Part shown: piece by piece, positions 61,570 to 64,000 of the stretch
Layout: every line of letters starts with the position of its first letter
Numbering within the stretch: position 1 is the stretch's first letter
Source: a virus
Lineage: Duplodnaviria; Caudoviricetes
Virus record (IMG/VR): IMGVR_UViG_3300021256_000099
Span: 4,236-68,235 of that record
DNA length: 64,000 bases
Reading direction: 5' to 3' (one strand)
The notes under the pieces: model-generated
Databases searched by the model: none
The model's input: only the letters and a program-made list of their open reading frames with translations
What the model was told of the DNA's origin: nothing
Translations under genes and position numbers: made by a program

Positions 61570-64000
61570 ATGGCAAATAATGTTATCGATGCTGTTGAAC
61601 TGCAAATAACGACAACAGCCAAAGGTACTGACGCTGCTATAAACAGCTTAATCAGTAACCTTGAAAGGCTTAATAGTGCGTTAGATAGTTTTAATAGTGG
61701 ATATACCGACAAGATAGGAAGGGTGTCTGGACAGCTTAATGTTTTATCTTCGGCTGTCCGCACAGTCAATAGCGCAGGATATACCAAAGCGAGTAACTCG
61801 CTCACCAAACTTGCCAAAGCTATAGACACATTAGGAAGTAGCGCATCTGCAAACGGCTCTGGCATTGCGTCTGGAATGGAACAAGCGACTAAAGCTGTTT
61901 CAATGATTAGTGGTATTGACCTCACTGCTACCTCTTCTAATCTTGCCAAACTTGCGAAGGCTCTTCCTGCGCTTAATCAGGCATTAACCAATGTAACCAT
62001 AATGTCTGCACAGCTCCAAGCACTTGCAAACGGGCTGACAACACTAAAAGGGGTCAATGTTACAGATACAGCCAATGCGGTAAATACTCTTGCGAAGGCT
62101 CTTCCCGCTCTCAGTCAGGCTTTAACAAGTTCTGGTGATTTATCTGGCAAATTCAGTCAACTTGCATCTGCACTTGGACTGATTAGCAATATTCAGTTGC
62201 CTTCTGCTCAAATATCAAGTCTTGCACGAGCAGTAAAGACTTTCGCCTCTACTGACTTCACTGTAATACAGCAAAATCTGACGCAATTAGCTACCGGGTT
62301 AAACAACTTTACCAATGTTGTTTCCACTGGCAATGAGACCACTATTAAAAACATCACAAGTCTCGTAAGAGGTCTGGCATCTCTTGGCAAAGTGGATTAT
62401 GCCCAACTTGCGGCAGACCTTCCTAATGTCGCTATAGCGTTAAATGACTTGCTTGTTGCTTTACAAGGTACCGTGTCAGCCAATCCAGAGGCAGCAATGC
62501 TTGTCCAAAATCTGGCTGATATTGCCCGGAATGGTGGTCTGGCGGCACTTGGATTGAAGCAGACAGCGAGTGGTGCTATCCAAATGGGATCTTCCATGAG
62601 GTCGGCTAATAGCAATTCTCAAGGTCTCTTAATGACCCTGATGAAGTTCAGAACCATCCTCTTCTTGCTGAGACGGTTCTGGAATGCCTTCACCACTTCA
62701 CTGGACAACGCTTCATCGCTTGTTGAAATCCAAAACGTTATCGACTCGGTTTATGATAGCGCAGGATCAGCAAACCTTCAGTCACTGTCCAAAACAGCAG
62801 CTGCCCAATTTGGTCAGTCTGAATTGACGTTCAAACAGATTGCGTCCAGATATCAGGCAATGGGCAATGCCCTTGGCTTATCAGACCAAGCTGTAGCTGA
62901 CGCACATCAGCACCTTAAAGACTGGGGTGCGCTGACATCTAAAGTTGTGGATGAAACCACTGGTCTTAACAAAGAGTATGGTGTCACAACAGGCAAAATG
63001 TCTGACATGTCACTTACCCTGACTGAACTGGCGGGCGACATTTCCTCGTTCTACGATGTTGATATTGCTGAAGTACAACAGGCTCTGCAAGCTGTTTATA
63101 CTGGCCAGACAAGACCGTTAAGACAATTTGGTATCGACCTTACACAGGCAAACTTACAGGCTTGGGCATTGTCTCAGGGTATCAACGCTGATATGCAGTC
63201 GATGACTCAAGCAGAGAAGGTCATGCTCAGATACCAATATGTCATGGCTCATGCTACCAATGCAATGGGAGACTTTGAGTACACGGCGGACAGTTGGGCA
63301 AACAGAGTTAGATATCTCAAACAGCAGATCATCCAATTCTCTACAGTTATCGGCACAATCTTTATCAATGCCTTTAAACCTCTGCTGAGAACTCTCAACA
63401 ACGTTATGAATTCCGTAATCGTTTTTACGGAAAACATTCTTAACGCTCTTGGCAAACTGCTTGGATGGCAAGTAGAGATTTCCACTTCTCCCGTAACTAC
63501 AGACTTAGAAGATGCTACAGCCGGGATTGCTGATAACCTTGGTGGTGCATCTGATGGTGCGGGTGGTACTGCAAGCGGACTTGGTAACGCTGCAGACAAC
63601 GCCAAAAAACTCAAACAGCAACTTCAAGGATTCGACAAACTCAACCTTTTAACCACAGACAGTTCTGGCTCTGGTGGGTCAGGCGGTTCTGGTGGTTCTG
63701 GTGGTGGTTCTGGCGGCGGTTCTGGTGGTGGCGGAGCAAGCGGTGGTTCTGGCATCTCGGTTGTTTATCACGCTGAAAAGACACTCCAAGACTACATGTC
63801 CGATATTGACACTTGGTACGAACTGGGTGAATATATCGGAGATACCCTTAAAGGGGTAATGGAAGACATCGACTGGGATAGCGTCTATAAAGGGGCGGAA
63901 GACTTCGGAACAAACTTTGCCATGTTCCTTAATGGACTGATTTCCCCGGAACTCTTCTATGACTTCGGAAAGACTGTGGCGGGGGCGCGCAAATCAGCTT
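61570..64000 (+). CDS. Tape measure protein (3'-truncated by the window)
   Basis: MANNVIDAVELQI... Ala/Ser/Thr-rich, no stop seen; LAGDISSFYD, GQTRPLRQFG, DFEYTADSWAN; Gly/Ser linker ~63660-63750. Confidence 0.85.
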   Translation, partial: MANNVIDAVELQITTTAKGTDAAINSLISNLERLNSALDSFNSGYTDKIGRVSGQLNVLSSAVRTVNSAGYTKASNSLTKLAKAIDTLGSSASANGSGIASGMEQATKAVSMISGIDLTATSSNLAKLAKALPALNQALTNVTIMSAQLQALANGLTTLKGVNVTDTANAVNTLAKALPALSQALTSSGDLSGKFSQLASALGLISNIQLPSAQISSLARAVKTFASTDFTVIQQNLTQLATGLNNFTNVVSTGNETTIKNITSLVRGLASLGKVDYAQLAADLPNVAIALNDLLVALQGTVSANPEAAMLVQNLADIARNGGLAALGLKQTASGAIQMGSSMRSANSNSQGLLMTLMKFRTILFLLRRFWNAFTTSLDNASSLVEIQNVIDSVYDSAGSANLQSLSKTAAAQFGQSELTFKQIASRYQAMGNALGLSDQAVADAHQHLKDWGALTSKVVDETTGLNKEYGVTTGKMSDMSLTLTELAGDISSFYDVDIAEVQQALQAVYTGQTRPLRQFGIDLTQANLQAWALSQGINADMQSMTQAEKVMLRYQYVMAHATNAMGDFEYTADSWANRVRYLKQQIIQFSTVIGTIFINAFKPLLRTLNNVMNSVIVFTENILNALGKLLGWQVEISTSPVTTDLEDATAGIADNLGGASDGAGGTASGLGNAADNAKKLKQQLQGFDKLNLLTTDSSGSGGSGGSGGSGGGSGGGSGGGGASGGSGISVVYHAEKTLQDYMSDIDTWYELGEYIGDTLKGVMEDIDWDSVYKGAEDFGTNFAMFLNGLISPELFYDFGKTVAGARKSA

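Noticed and set aside
63660-63750. GGTTCTGGT-type repeat as a separate element
   Set aside because: It encodes an ordinary Gly/Ser linker in the tape measure frame.
1-64000. Stop-codon reassignment or suppressor tRNA
   Set aside because: Genes are full length in the standard code and end in TAA, TAG and TGA; the tRNAs are Met and Gln(UUG). The TAG at 21757 is explained by a frameshift.
1-64000. CRISPR array, rRNA or IS element
   Set aside because: No regularly spaced repeat-spacer array, rRNA-like sequence or transposase was seen.

Overview
The window is about 64 kb of a temperate tailed (siphovirus-like) phage or prophage. Gene families and sigmaA-type promoters suggest a gut Clostridia/Lachnospiraceae-type host (inference). 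It runs left to right through nine blocks. (1) A four-gene Gln/Cys-rich accessory cluster and a ComEC-like metallo-beta-lactamase with cell-wall-binding repeats. (2) Class III ribonucleotide reductase nrdD, then DnaA boxes and an AT-rich origin-like spacer. (3) A cI/cro switch. (4) A recombination/replication module: SMC/Rad50-like ATPase, RecT, MBL nuclease, SSB, ERCC4 nuclease, dUTPase, replisome organizer, AEP primase-SF4 helicase fusion. (5) A long accessory region: L,D-transpeptidase, five paralogues of one Cys-rich family, RNA ligase, two C5 methyltransferases, nrdG, a formate/nitrite channel and many Zn-ribbon ORFs. (6) A tyrosine integrase. (7) A minus-strand early operon (33-39 kb) punctuated by five type-P5 twister ribozymes. 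(8) A low-GC block with a 10x 9-bp tandem repeat, a Gp88-like gene and a terS candidate, then a serine recombinase and a tRNA/ncRNA cluster beside a DUF2828 (TROVE/vWA-like) gene. (9) The morphogenesis operon: intein-containing TerL, portal, capsid, neck, tail, -1 frameshifted chaperones, endolysin, and a tape measure gene running off the right edge. The best leads are the twister array, the DUF2828-associated RNAs, the five-member Cys-rich family, formate channel plus class III RNR, and the cell-wall-remodelling genes. All family calls come from motif recognition by eye; no searches were run.
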